DNA of 64,000 bases from Octopus sinensis. Taxonomy: Eukaryota. Within the stretch, counting starts at the first letter, position 1. The number at the start of each line of letters is the position of its first letter. Below, in pieces: positions 1 to 13,126 of the stretch. The stretch spans positions 50,468,001 through 50,532,000 of the forward strand of contig NC_043002.1 in assembly GCF_006345805.1 (NCBI RefSeq). Reading direction: 5' to 3'. The position numbers and the translations under genes are program-made. The notes beneath the pieces are model-generated. The model was not told the DNA's origin. It searched no databases and was given only the letters and a program-made list of their open reading frames with translations.

Positions 1-59
1 TTTATAGAATTCAGTACAGGCACTTTGCGTTATAGAAACTCGGTTTACTAAATTTAATG

Positions 60-1030
60 TTATTTTTTATGTCTGATGCGTGAGAAGACCCTAGCCGTAC
101 CGAAGAATCTTTGAGTTTTGCTTCGTCTAGATCGGAGAGAATATCTGACAATAAAGACAAGATTAGGTCAAGTGCTCAAGCTTCCACGACTATTCGGACA
201 TTGTTTATTCATAGGTCTGATATGATGCTTAATATATCAAAGCCCCTTAGGGTGTAGATCGAGGAACGTAGTGTGCCAATAAGCACGATTGTCACAGAAC
301 CGAAAGTTAGAAGCTGCAATAGATATTTGCAAAAAGTGAATACAACTTTCGATGTAAAACTGTTTTTGGTTAGTAAAGGTAGGCTTGCAGTGTCTAAGAG
401 ACACTTTAATTTTCTTAACATTAAAATTCCCAGATAAACTCCCTATTCAGATACAGAAACTGCAACCAATTATCTTGAGGAATTGAAGAAAATTATTGCT
501 GAAGCAGGTTAAAAACTAGAACAAGTGTACAATGCTAATGAAACAAATCTTTTCTGGAAGAAAAGTTCTCTTGGCCAGAACTTTTATGTTTAAAGATAAA
601 AGTATTCAACAGCAGATTTTAAAGCGTCAACATTTCTACGATTCTTGTGAGATGGAATTCTGCCAGTTATATGTGCATCACTCCGATAATCTAAGTGGGG
701 TTCAAAGGTTAAGTTAAAATGTGTCCCTGATTTGGCGTTCAAATAAGAGGTTTGGCTATCTCCCGGACTTCTCTAATTTTGGTTTACAAACAGAGTTTAC
801 TCTGTTTTAGAAAGATCCCGTTCCAGGCCTATTATTTCCCACAAAACATTGTTCCTTTAAGAAAACATAACAAACCATTCATCGATCTTTAGTAATATTT
901 CTGATAATGGAAGAATGGATACATTCCCCAAGAACAGGTGTTTTTTTCGCTCCAGCCACTGGATTAAAGTAGGATTTCCCAACATCAAGGCATATCTGAG
1001 AAGTGAGAAAAAGAGTAAGATAAAATTTTT
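60..1030 (+). pseudogene. Decayed Tigger/pogo (CENP-B-like HTH + DDE_1) transposase
   Basis: Manual translation through stops and frameshifts gives NKDKIRSS...LRV*IEERSVPIS...FLVSKG...NYLEELKKIIAEAG*KLEQVYNANETNLFWKK, then HSDN, IWRSNK and QPLD-like motifs, in the order expected for a Tigger transposase. Confidence 0.85.
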
Positions 1031-1145
1031 GTTTAAGGATGACTGGAAAAAGTTTAACGTTATAAGTGTCGTGGATAACATCCCGGTGCATCCATCCATC
1101 CATCCATCCATCTATCCATCCATACATACATACATACATAAATAC

Positions 1146-1490
1146 GGAAGGCGCATAGCTCAGTAGTTAGTGCGTCGGGCTACCAATAACAAGATAGTGA
1201 GTTCGATTCTCGAACCTGGCTGTGTGTTGTGTTCTTAAGCAAGACACTTTATTTCATGTTGCTCCAGTTCACCCAGCTGTAAAAATGAGTTGAGACGTCA
1301 CTAGTGCCGAGGTGTACCGGCTTTTGCCTTTCCCTTGGATAACTTCAGTGACATGGAAAGGGGAACCTGGTTTGCATGGCTGACTGCTGGTCTTTCATAA
1401 ACAACCTTGCTCAGACTTGTGCCTCGGAGTGTAACTTTCTTGGCGCAATCCCATGGTCATTCAGGACCGAAGAGGGTCATTACCCTTTTA
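1146..1490 (+). mobile_element. tRNA-derived SINE family A
   Basis: A box (GGCGCATAGCTCAGTAGTTAG), B box (GAGTTCGATTCTC), core GTGTTGTGTTCTTAAGCAAGACACTT, ends in a (CATA)n tail. Confidence 0.8.
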
Positions 1491-1518
1491 CATACATACA
1501 TATACATACATACATACA

Positions 1519-1549
<31 letters not shown>

Positions 1550-1559
1550 TTACGCGTGT

Positions 1560-1674
1560 GTATGTTTGCGTTTGGGTTGTGTTTGTCCCCACTACCGCTT
1601 CAGACTCGGTGTTGGTTTGTTTACGTACGCATAACTTAGTGGTTCAGCTAAAGAGGCCGATAAAATAAGTAACA

Positions 1675-1746
<72 letters not shown>

Positions 1747-1830
1747 AAGTTTGATGTCGATTTCTTCGACTAAACCCTTCAAGGTGGCGCTCCAGCATGG
1801 TTGTGATCCAATGACTGAAACAAGTATATG
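1560..1830 (+). mobile_element. 3' part of SINE family B, interrupted by a (GA)n tract
   Basis: Matches the 3' half of the copy at 50020-50357 (GTTTGTCCCC...GTCGATTTCTTCGACTAAA...GACTGAAACAAGTA). Confidence 0.75.
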
Positions 1831-2291
1831 AAAACAGATTAAAGATATGCTGCTACTGCTGCTACCACTGCTGCTGCGACCACTGCTGCTGTTGTTTCTT
1901 TTTAAAACGACAGTTAGTAATATCCATCTAGATTGGAAAGAAATGAGAACGAGCAAAAAATAGGAGTGGGGAGAAGACAGTCATTTGTTATGAAGAAATC
2001 CAGAAATTAACCTTGCTTGTAACGTTTTATGATTTTTAGCAAAGCAAACAGGCTGACCATATTTGACTGCTGTAATTGCTCGATTTGTCATGTTTATCAC
2101 TTACATTTCATAGCTAATATTCGTACAAAAAAACATACATACTTACATACACACAGACACATATATATATATAAGCATAAAAGTATGTACACACGTACAC
2201 ACACACGCACATATATTTGTGGAGGGATATATGATATATGGTATATGGTATACGATACGATATGATATGATATGATATGATATGATATATT

Positions 2292-2327
<36 letters not shown>

Positions 2328-2492
2328 ATATATATACACATATATACATATATACATATATACATATGTATGTATATATGTATATATGTATGTATGTGTA
2401 ATACATCAACATTAAAAAACAACATGAAAGTTTCTCTTTGAACAAATACACACTTCAAATACGAAATCGATAAAAGAAAGAATAATTTACAT

Positions 2493-2631
<139 letters not shown>

Positions 2632-3271
2632 CTCTCTCTCTCTCTCTCCCTCTCTCTCTCTCCCTCTCTCTCTCTCTCTATCTATCTGTCTGTCTATAAA
2701 CGTATATACATACTTAAACGTATATACATACATGCGTATATACAAACATGCATTCATGCAAGTATGCATGCATACACACATACTGATGTACACAATTCAT
2801 ACACAGACAAAACACGCATGCGTAAGTAAATAAGAATCGTTATATATATTGTTTTAGAATAACGATTAATAATGTGCATTATATATGTATATATATATAT
2901 GTATGTATATATATATGTATATATATATGTACACGTACATGCAAGCATGCATATAGACAGGTCGACATTTATATCCATTTATCTCTATATATTTCTGTAC
3001 ATGCTTGTATATGTATGTGTGTATGAGTGTGTGTTTGTGTGGTTTTGTGAACATGTGTGCTTGTGTGTGCATGTGTGTGTTTGTATATGTGTTTCTATTT
3101 TTTTGTGTTTGTTATTGTGTGAGTTATAATTCTCCATATTCCCAGCATTTATCACAAAAGCATATTAATTAGAATTTGAATAAGGTATATCTTGGCAAAT
3201 TTGCGCGAGATTGATGTCTTACAAATATTATCTTTCTTTACATGTTACATCAAATCATCATCAACATAATG

Positions 3272-3343
<72 letters not shown>

Positions 3344-3407
3344 TGATAATAGTAATAATAATGATAATGATAATAACAATAATAATAATAATAATAATAA
3401 TAATGAT

Positions 3408-4160
3408 GAAAAATGGAGCAGACCCAAAATGCCGATTCTGCAACGACATGATTGAAACAGTGGACCACCTAATCTCTGGATGTAAAGTCTTAGCACCAGT
3501 GGAGTATAAATTAAGACATGACAGAGTTGGCCAATATCTCCACTGGCTAATAAGTCGGCATTACAATATCAAAACTGCCGACAAGTGGTATAATCACCAC
3601 CCTGAGGCTGTAACTGAAGGAGAAAATGTAACCATTCTGTGGACTTTCCAGTACATACAGACCGAACCATCAAGGCCAATAACCAGATATTGTTGTGAAA
3701 GACCAAAACAATAAAATTTGCTTATTGATCGACATGAGCATCCCCTGTGATCATAATATCTCAGCTAAAGAGTTTGACAAGCTCAGAAAATTTAAAGACC
3801 TACTCATTGAAATTGAGAAAATGTGGCATCTCAAGGCGGTTACAATACCAGTGATCGTAGGAGCACTAGGAATGATCAAGAAGGGAACCGAAAATTATAT
3901 GAGAATGATCCCTGGCTTACCATCCCTGCAAGAAGTGCAAAAGATTGTCTTAACTGGTACATCACACGTATTGAGAAGAGCATTGTCGATGTGAGAACTG
4001 TTGCTGCTCATGTATTTTAATTTAACTTTAAAAAAAAAAAAAAAAAGAACGAACTACTGAGTTTGGTTTAATGGCCTACCAATATACACTATGAGTTTCT
4101 TTGCCCTAGGAGTCGGGAAGACACTCGGCAAGAAATGGAAGAAAATTTGAAAGAAGAAAA
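3408..4160 (+). mobile_element. 5'-truncated R4/Dong-like non-LTR retrotransposon (CCHC knuckle + restriction-like endonuclease + 3' UTR), family RLE-1
   Basis: CRFC...ETVDHLISGC, RHD, and after one frameshift near 3645 KPDIVVKDQNNKICLLIDMSIP...VIVGALG...GTSHVLRRALSM* (stop at 3994). 3' UTR, poly(A), and (TAA)n tracts on both sides. Confidence 0.9.
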
Positions 4161-4189
4161 AAAAAAAAAAAAAAAAAATAATAATAATA

Positions 4190-4230
<41 letters not shown>

Positions 4231-4290
4231 TTAATGATAATAATAATAATAATAATAATTATTATTATTATTATTATTTCTACTATATGT

Positions 4291-4488
4291 ACAAGGCTCG
4301 AAATTTTGTGGAGGGGCCTGCTCGATTACATCGATTCCAGTGTTTCACTGGTGCCTACTTTATCGAACCCGAAAGGATGAAAGGCAAAGTCGACCTCGGG
4401 GGAATTTGAACCCAGAACGTAGCGACGGGCGAAATACCGCCATGCATTTCATCCGGCATGCTAACGATTCTGTTAGCTCTCCGCCTTC
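4291..4488 (-). mobile_element. tRNA-derived SINE family C
   Basis: Reverse complement of the GAAGGCGG.GAGCT..CAGA...GTTCAAATTCC...GTCGACTTTGCCTTTCATCCTTTCGG consensus seen in many copies in this window. Confidence 0.85.
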
Positions 4489-4605
4489 ATCATAGTCATG
4501 TGTTGAGAGGAATTCTTTGGGGTTTGATTAATTCATCTCTGGAAACATGAGTATTTCTCTTTTTGCGAAATACCGCTAAGCATTTCGCCCGGCGTGCTCG
4601 CCGCC

Positions 4606-4640
<35 letters not shown>

Positions 4641-5099
4641 TAATAATAATAATAATGACAATAATAATAATAATAATAATAATAATGATAATAATGATGA
4701 TGATGATGATGATGGTTTTTTTTTCATTAGCTACTAGAATTCACGCACACAAAAAAAAAATGAAAACATTACAAAAATACGGTTACATATACATGCAAGA
4801 GATATTTGTAAACCCCTCCCCACCCAAAAGGAAGCAAATATGGATGGTAACAATGACATTTTAAATAAGGAAGTTCTCCAGTGATGGAGAAAGCTCTGAA
4901 GTCTCCTGCCTTTTCCTAGAACGCCACAGCAAAAGTATAGCTACCACGACTATTAAAACAAGCGCCCGTTCATTCTGGACTATGCTCGCTATACGATCTA
5001 ACTTTCAACGAAATTGCCGGAAGATACCCTTAGTTTACTCTTCATGTAAAATTTGAAAGACTTGATGCGTTTGTCTTTTGTTCATTCAGTCTTGTCCAC

Positions 5100-5520
5100 T
5101 TCAGAGTATCTGAATAAAACCGCCTGTCCTTCCCAGCTAAAGAAAGGTAAAGTTGAGATCTTCAAAGAAGAAAGGTAATGAGGAGATCCGCCCCACATGT
5201 TGCAGCAGCTTTTCGATACTACTCCACATATCAGTGATACTCAGGCATTGATCAAGTGTGAGCTCAACGGATTCCTTGTTCTGCGCGCATCTCAGATAGG
5301 CTCGGCTGACAGCATTTCTGAACATGTAGAGTATATCTCGAACAAGCAAAGCCCTCCGGTAGTATAACCAAACCAAAGATTTGTAGAATTTATCCCTGCT
5401 TCGGACTGAAAGTCCTCTTGGACTGGCTAGCCATTTGATTTTCGACGACGCCCAGAGTTTCACCGTGAACAAAATCGTCGCATTTGCTCGCCACTATTCC
5501 TCTATAGAATGTTAAACTAG
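5100..5520 (-). pseudogene. Possible highly decayed LINE (RTE-like) reverse transcriptase fragment
   Basis: Weak resemblance of FYRGI ... ITDMWSSIEKLLQ ... PFFFEDLNFTF to the RTE NYRGI / STTDMIFSLRQLQ / FVDLTKAF motifs; not conclusive. Confidence 0.25.
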
Positions 5521-5832
5521 AATTCCATTGACTGCATTGCCCTACTGGTTGCAGGTTATGAGTGCTTAACGAAATTCCAGAAGCCAAGTTGTCCTGTTTC
5601 AGTCTACCCTTTGCAGCTCTGTCACAGAGACGAGTTTTTTTTTTTAAAGAACGTTTCAGAGAAGCCATAAACGCAAAGGGTAAGAAGCGAAAGAAAAGGG
5701 TAACCATGGCATAAACTGACTTCAAGAAGACAAGAAATCGCTGAGGAATCGTAACTTCAGTGCATGTCTGCGCAACATTTAGTCAGATCTTCATAAGCGG
5801 TTATTGACAGCTGATGGACTGATTGCTTAATA

Positions 5833-6180
5833 CAGTGGTTCTTAACCAGAGTGCATATGATCCTTGAGAGTCCATATAAGATTATGGGGGTCCATGTAAC
5901 AAAATAGTAAATTGGGGATCCACAATAGTATTTTAAGGGTCTCTGACAAATTTTTACTTCAGATTTATGTATTGGTATGTATTGCAAGAAACAGCTAGGT
6001 TTCTTTTTCTAACATTTTACAAAGTTCAACCTACACAAGTTAATATGTGAAACACAAAATAAGAACTTTGAAAGAAGTCTTTATAAAACTAGCTTTTAAA
6101 CATCGAATGGCTGTGGTGGTCCACCGGAATAAAATAGTAATTAAAGGGGTCCATAGATAAAAAATGGTTGGGAACCACAA
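5833..6180. mobile_element. hAT (Charlie-like) MITE
   Basis: Terminal inverted repeats CAGTGGTTCTTAACC ... GGTTGGGAACCAC; no ORF. Confidence 0.7.
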
Positions 6181-6443
6181 AAAACTGGCAGAGCAGACGC
6201 TCTAGTCTGATCGACAGCGGATGAACAGATTGCCTTGTAGAATACGTCCGTACCGCAATAACTGTAGAACATGTGCTCCAGTCTGATCAAGTGTGAACCG
6301 TTGCATGTCAAACAGTTAGGCGGTAAGAGCTGACGTAGGCAATGTAGGCTGCTGCTGTTATTGTTGCGTTGCGTTGCTATTGCTGATGTTTTTGTTTTCG
6401 TTGTTGTTGCTAGTGTTGTTGTTGTTGCTAACGATGTCGCAAT

Positions 6444-6675
6444 ATTTCTTTATTGCCCACAAGAGGCTAAACATAGAGGGGACAAACAAGGACAGACAAA
6501 GGGATTAAGTCGATTACATCGACCCCTGTGCGAAACTGGTACTTTATTTATCGATCGCGAAAGGATGAAAGACAAAGTCGACCTCGGCGGAATTTGAACT
6601 CATAACGTAACGGCAGACGAAATACCGCTCAGCATTTCGCCCGGCATGCTTACGTTTCTGCCAGCTCGCCGCCTT
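6444..6675 (-). mobile_element. SINE family C, near full length
   Basis: Head GGCGGCGAGCTGGCAG through tail GTGGGCAATAAAGAAAT on the minus strand. Confidence 0.85.
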
Positions 6676-7045
6676 GCAAACGATAATTTAGCCTTCAAAA
6701 TCACTTCTCTATTACCTATCTTGCTGGTTGACGGTCAAAACAGATGTTTGGAAGCCTTCTTTTTTTGTTTTGATTGAAGATTATTCTTTTATACTTTTCC
6801 TTTTCAAAATTTTGTCCCGTGCGGCGTCGAACAAAAACACACCCGAACAGTTCCTTACAGTCCTGCTTAATTTTCACAATAAAATAAAATAACAAGATTA
6901 AAAACTACGTTTCTCTGCAAAGGAGAACAAAACACAAACTTACAGAGCTCCCGAAAGACACTCAGATACGGCAAAGGAAATTAGCAACAATAGCAACAAC
7001 AAAAGCAACAATGAAAGCAACAACAAAAGCGGCAACATCAGCCAT

Positions 7046-7046
<1 letters not shown>

Positions 7047-7097
<51 letters not shown>

Positions 7098-7115
7098 TAA
7101 TAATAATAATAAAAT

Positions 7116-7152
<37 letters not shown>

Positions 7153-7157
7153 TAATA

Positions 7158-7230
<73 letters not shown>

Positions 7231-7336
7231 TAATAATAATAATAATAATAATAATAATTATAATAATGATAATGATTATGATGATAATAATAATAATAAT
7301 AATAATATAATAATAATGAAATATAATAATAATAAT

Positions 7337-7388
<52 letters not shown>

Positions 7389-7420
7389 TTAATAATAATG
7401 ATAATAATAATAATAACAAC

Positions 7421-7463
<43 letters not shown>

Positions 7464-7495
7464 TAATAATAATGATAATGATAATGATAATAATA
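7047..7495. repeat. Long (TAA)n microsatellite
   Basis: About 450 bp of imperfect TAA repeats directly upstream of the RLE-2 fragment. Confidence 0.95.
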
Positions 7496-7500
7496 ACAAC

Positions 7501-8388
7501 AACATTGTGTAGGAAGGAAGATTGCAACGATAAAGCACTGTACAAGCACTTGAGAATGAATGAAACTGAAAATAGGTGGGTAAAGAAAAGAATGCATGGA
7601 CAATTTCATAGGGATGTTGAAGATAAGACAGACAGAGAAAAAAGATGGTTATAGATGACTAAAAGTGATTTGAAACCGGAAACGGAGGCTCTAATCTGTG
7701 CTGCCCAAAAGTAAGCATTAAGAACCAACTACATCAAATACAGGAAGTGATAAGTGCAGGATTTGTGGACAAAATGGTGAAACCGTATGGTATATTACCA
7801 GTCAATGTACGTCACTAGCCTAGAAGGAATATAAGAGACGTCATGACAATATAGCAAGGATTGTCCACTGGACACTTTGCCACAAATATGGACTTAACAG
7901 AGCAAAAGAGTGGTACGAACATAAAACCGAAGGTATCATCGAAAATGATAATGCAAAGATCCTATAGGATTTTATGATTCAGTGTGACCATGAGATAGAG
8001 AATTGGAAAGCAGACATAGTGTTAATTGAGAAAGAAAGCAAACAATGCTGGATCATAGATATAGCATGCCCAGCTGACAAGGTATGCGATAAAGAAGAAA
8101 GAAAAGTCGATAGATATGAGAAGTTAGCTTGGGAGGTTAAGCAGTTGTGGTCGATGAAAAAGGTGGTAGTAGTACCAATAAATATCGGAGCCCTGGGAAC
8201 AGTGAGATAAAGTACATGGAACAAATAGGGTCTGCAATAAGGGTGAAGCACATGCAGAAAACAGCATTGCTTGGAACCTCTCGAATACTCAGGATGGCGC
8301 TCGAAAAATAAGGGGTGTTACCTTAGTTCACTGCTGGTGAACAGCTGACAATATGGTACATCTCCAGCGTTAGAAGTGTGTAAAGACA
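7501..8388 (+). mobile_element. 5'-truncated, decayed R4/Dong-like retrotransposon, family RLE-2
   Basis: MHGQFHRD...KPETEALICAAQ..ALRTN, CRICG..ETV..I.S.C, RRHD, DFMIQCDHEIENWKADIVLIEK...IIDIACP, VVPINIGALG, KTALLGTSRILRMALEK*. Several stops; its 3' UTR differs from RLE-1. Confidence 0.88.
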
Positions 8389-8734
8389 AAAAAATAAAAA
8401 TAATGGTTTTAAATTTTTCCACAAGGGCAGCAATTTTGGGGAAGGGGATGAGTCGTTTACATCGACCCCAGTGTTCAACTGGTACTTATTTTATTGACCC
8501 CGAAAGTAATAATAATAATGATAATTTTTAACTTTCATCAAATGAATAACCAGATGGAAAACAAGAAAGAGGTAGAGGAGTAAGAGAAGGTTGATTAGGA
8601 GGAGAAAAAGAAGGAGAAGAATTAGCAGAAGACGAAGAAGGAATAATAGAAAATTACGAAGTAGGAAATAAGAAGGTGAATGAAAAATAATCAAACGTAG
8701 AACGTAGTAGCAGAGTAGTACTTGCACAAAAAGG

Positions 8735-8818
8735 AAAGAAGAAGAAGAAGGAGAAGAAGAAGAAGAAGAAGAAGAAGAAGAAGAAGAAGAAGAAGAAGAA
8801 GAAGAAGAAGAAGAATAA

Positions 8819-8853
<35 letters not shown>

Positions 8854-8890
8854 AGAAGAAGAAGAAGAAAAGAAGAAGAAGAAGAAGAAG
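8735..8890. repeat. (AGA)n microsatellite
   Basis: Direct reading; source of the spurious poly-Arg, poly-Phe and poly-Leu ORFs. Confidence 0.95.
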
Positions 8891-9179
8891 ATGGAGGAGG
8901 GAGGAGGATGACGAGGAGTAGGAAGAAGAAGCCAAGAAGAAAAACTAAAAAGATGAAGACGATTAAGAAGAATGAGAAAATGAACGACAGCAAATAAGAC
9001 ATGAAACGGAAGGAAAAAAGAGAAAGAAAAAGGGAGGGAGAGATGGAGGGTGGAGGAAAGAAAAGTAAAAGAAGATAGAGAAGAAAAGAAAATTTATATT
9101 GATAGTAAAAATATTAACATAATGATATATTTAATATATATATGTATATACATATACATACACATATACATATATGTAT

Positions 9180-9218
<39 letters not shown>

Positions 9219-9547
9219 ATATTAGTTATATATATCTATACACATACATTCATACATACACATACATATCTACATACTTATATGTATATATAGATATACA
9301 TACGTATATCTGTAAGTACATATACACAAAAGCACACGCACACGCACACACATATATAATATATTTTACAGATTTCCTTTTCAAAACAGTTTGATGAATG
9401 GACTTTTCGGAAGATTTCATCGTTTGAGATGATATGACATCATTCAAACCTTTACAAAACTGACATTTCCTAGTTTTACTGTATGTGTCATACGTGAAGC
9501 AGAAATAATGTGGCCGAAAGAAAAATACGCACAACCAATTAAAAACA

Positions 9548-9586
<39 letters not shown>

Positions 9587-9844
9587 TATATACATATACA
9601 CATACCTACCGACATATATATATATATATGTATATACATACATACATACACATACATATATGTGTGTGTGTGTATGTGTGTCTGTGAAGATTGCCAGAAC
9701 TTTAACGTCTAATGAAAGTACACATATGAACACTTTTAGACATGCAAATATATGTATGTTACACATACATGAGTCAAAAGATAAAATCCATCATGCAATG
9801 ATGTATATACTTGTACACACAAACACAAACATACAAGTGGTTTC

Positions 9845-9905
<61 letters not shown>

Positions 9906-10022
9906 TATGTATGTATGTACGTATCTACGTATGCATGTATGCATATATGTGTACAGCAGCATATACTTATACAAAGCATAAGTAATTACAGACATACGTG
10001 CATACATACCTATATACATATG

Positions 10023-10117
<95 letters not shown>

Positions 10118-11068
10118 GTGTGTATACAAATGCATACACACGCGACTACCCGGTTGATATCATCTACAGTTGAATGAAAGAACCTTGTTAGAATGTTAGA
10201 ATCGCTAAGAAATTCGAGCAAATAAATCCATGTGTATATATGTGTGTGTGTATATATATATATATATGTACATGTATATGTATATATGTGTATATTTATA
10301 TACACACATACTTCAAACTGCCAGTCAAACACCTTTCTATTGACCATTCCTCTATGCATACGTGAAGAGACACACAACTAGATAAAAGACCACCACTCCT
10401 GTTACCACGCCGCGGAATCTTCCTACAAGAGACACAAAGTTCACGCACACATACACATATAAACAGCCAAAACCACACACACACCACACACAACGTATAC
10501 GCACACATACGCACACACACGTGCAATTATACACACACACACACACTAACTTGCGCGCACGCACATACACACCTCATTCTCTTACACACTCCTATCTTAG
10601 AAATAACTTTTCTTCACCCATTCCCTTCCGGTCATTTCAAAATCTTCCTGTCTATTAGACTTTCCACTGTATCTGAAGAAGAGCTTTGCTCGAAATGTTA
10701 AACCACCTTTCTCCCCTTCCCCGAGCGTCTGCTAATACTTTACATGTACCACGTTCTCGCGTTGTTTGTCTTTGTGGGGATTTACTATATATATATAATC
10801 TATATATATATATATATTAATATATATTATATATATATATATAATTAATCAATAGGGTGGCAAAAAAAAAATTTGTAGAATTTTTTTGCCACCAGCGGCC
10901 TAGTGGGAAAAAATTAAATAGTCAAAGACCATTTTTAAGTTCAACATCAACAATCAAGGAACGGCCATAATAGGCCATTCACCCACTAGAAATAACAGCC
11001 AAAGCTTCAACCGCAAATAAAAGTCAATTCCGTAAACAGGAGAAAATTTGAAAAACATTTACCCTGTA

Positions 11069-11175
11069 ATTTCTTATACGATGCACCGTTTCATCTGCTG
11101 TTTAATGGTAAACTAACCTGATTAAATTAAATCAAGCCAATCTTCCATAGGCCCTCAGATTCTTCAGTAAGAAAT
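11069..11175 (-). ncRNA. Type I hammerhead ribozyme (mirror copy in the left arm)
   Basis: Reverse complement of 11603-11709. Confidence 0.8.
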
Positions 11176-11602
11176 AGCCACAAGTCGGAACAGATATTTT
11201 CACGAGGCATTTCCGACCCTGCCAAGGTAATATCTGACCTAAAATTTTCAAATCATCGCACTCGCGCCAAATTTATCGGCAGCAAATAAATATAAGCCGT
11301 CGATTCCATTACGGAATTAACCAGAAATTTCATAATTAATCAATATAGGGTGGCAAAACTATACTATTTAATTTTTTCCCACTAGGCCGCTGGTGGCAAA
11401 AAAATTCTACAAAATTTTTTTTTGCCACCCTATATTGATTAATTATGAATTTTCTGGTTAATTCCGTAATGGAATCGACGGCTTATATTTATTTGCTGCC
11501 GATAAATTTGGCGCGAGTGCGATGATTTGAAAATGTTAGGTCAGATATTACCTTGGCAGGGTCGGAAATGCCTCGTGAAAATATCTGTTCCGACTTGTGG
11601 CT

Positions 11603-11709
11603 ATTTCTTACTGAAGAATCTGAGGGCCTATGGAAGATTGGCTTGATTTAATTTAATCAGGTTAGTTTACCATTAAACAGCAGATGAAACGGTGCATCGT
11701 ATAAGAAAT
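11603..11709 (+). ncRNA. Type I hammerhead ribozyme (canonical core)
   Basis: Stem I ATTTCTTA/TAAGAAAT (8 bp); core CTGAAGA 11611-11617; stem II ATCTG/CAGAT; GAAA 11686-11689; stem III ACGG/TCGT with palindromic TGCA loop; GUA triplet, predicted cut after 11701. Confidence 0.8.
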
Positions 11710-11828
11710 TACAGGGTAAATGTTTTTTAAATTTTCTCCTGTTTACGGAATTGACTTTTATTTGCGGTTGAAGCTTTGGCTGTTATTTCTAGTGGGTGAA
11801 TGGCTTATTATGGCCGTTCCTTGATTGT

Positions 11829-11917
<89 letters not shown>

Positions 11918-12155
11918 TGTGTGTGTGTGTATATGTATATTTGTGTGTCCTCATTCGCACATACACACTCACACACACCATTCTCACATATACACACGGG
12001 CTTGTGCATGCTAGTTCGGCCGAGTGACTGTTGTTATCTCCCTTTCACTCAGCCTCTTTTTCACTGGCCATTTCATCATGTTGAACCGTTAATCCCTTTA
12101 CATTTTTTCTCCGTTTCTTTTTTCGTTCTCCCTCCATTTTTTTATTCTCACAATC

Positions 12156-12191
12156 CTTTCTGTCGAAGAGCGTAGGCTCGAAACGTCAAAG
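12156..12191 (+). ncRNA. Minimal Penelope-type hammerhead motif (A6U variant)
   Basis: CTTT-CTGTCGA-A-GAGC GTAG GCTC-GAAA-CGTC-AAAG; palindromic ACGT stem III, GUC triplet. Confidence 0.55.
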
Positions 12192-12261
12192 ACTTTTCCA
12201 TTCTTACAGCTGCATCAGAAGACAAAACGGGCAAACAAATTTGTTAGATAATCTTTTCTTC

Positions 12262-12466
12262 TCTAGGCACAAGGCCTGATATTTTGGGGGAGGAGGCCGG
12301 TCGATTATATCGACCCCAGTATACAACTGGTACTTAATTTATCGACTTCGAAATGATGAAAGGCAAAGTCGACCTCGACGGAATTTGAACTCAGAACGTA
12401 GAGACAGACGAAGTATCGCTAAGCATTTCGCCCTGCGAGCTAACGTTTCTGCCAGCTTGCCGCCTT
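12262..12466 (-). mobile_element. SINE family C
   Basis: Same consensus as the other family C copies. Confidence 0.85.
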
Positions 12467-12919
12467 AAATCTGTTAGGTATTGCGATAACTGATCATCAG
12501 CACTGCATTTTTTTCTCTTTTCTATCTATGTGCGTTGGTTATATTATGAGGACTATGTGCAATTCAGCGTACAGCATAACATGGAGGCTGAAACACTTGG
12601 ATTTTGTAGATGATGTTAGCAGATGAAGAAAGGCTGAAAGACTTAATTGTTGGGGATGAGACATTTTCTCACAGCCGTTTTGGTGTCGCCTATTTGCAGT
12701 CGCTGATTCGACGCTGACCTGTTTGACATCAGTCTTTTACTGTTTCTCTCGCTCTCTCTTTTTTGCCTCGCTCTCTCTGCCTCTCCCTCTCCTTGCATGA
12801 GGAGAGGAAAAGTGCTTATGTTAACCGTGCTTAATTAATATATTGTAATATATCTTTCCTTCTCTGTTTCTCTTTTTCACTGCTTCTGCATTCTTTTATT
12901 CTTCTTTCTTATTTCAATT

Positions 12920-13094
12920 ATTTGGCTGCTGCCATGCTGGAAGACCGCCTTGAAGAGTTTTAGTCAAAGAAATCGCCCCCGGCACCTATTTTTAGCCTAC
13001 TACATATTCTATCGCCTCTGTTGCCGAACTGCTAAGTTACAAAGACTTAAACACACGAACACCGGTTGTCAAACTGCGATGGAGGCACAAACAC

Positions 13095-13126
<32 letters not shown>

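Larger units (their letters stand above)
10841..11832. mobile_element. ORF-less fold-back element (Penelope pseudo-LTR / retrozyme-like) in (TA)n
   Basis: Arms 10946-11358 and 11420-11832 are ~99% reverse-complementary around a 61-nt spacer; 10841-10922 is also inverted relative to 11363-11446; (TA)n on both sides; one hammerhead per arm. Confidence 0.8.

Noticed and set aside
5137-5725. Host gene exons from ORFs 5137-5472 and 5390-5725
   Set aside because: No recognisable domain or splice context; more likely decayed TE sequence.
10946-11832. Palindrome as a pure sequencing or assembly artefact
   Set aside because: The arms differ at several positions and the structure includes an asymmetric 82-bp extension and junction-spanning sequence. 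An artefact is less likely but not excluded without reads.
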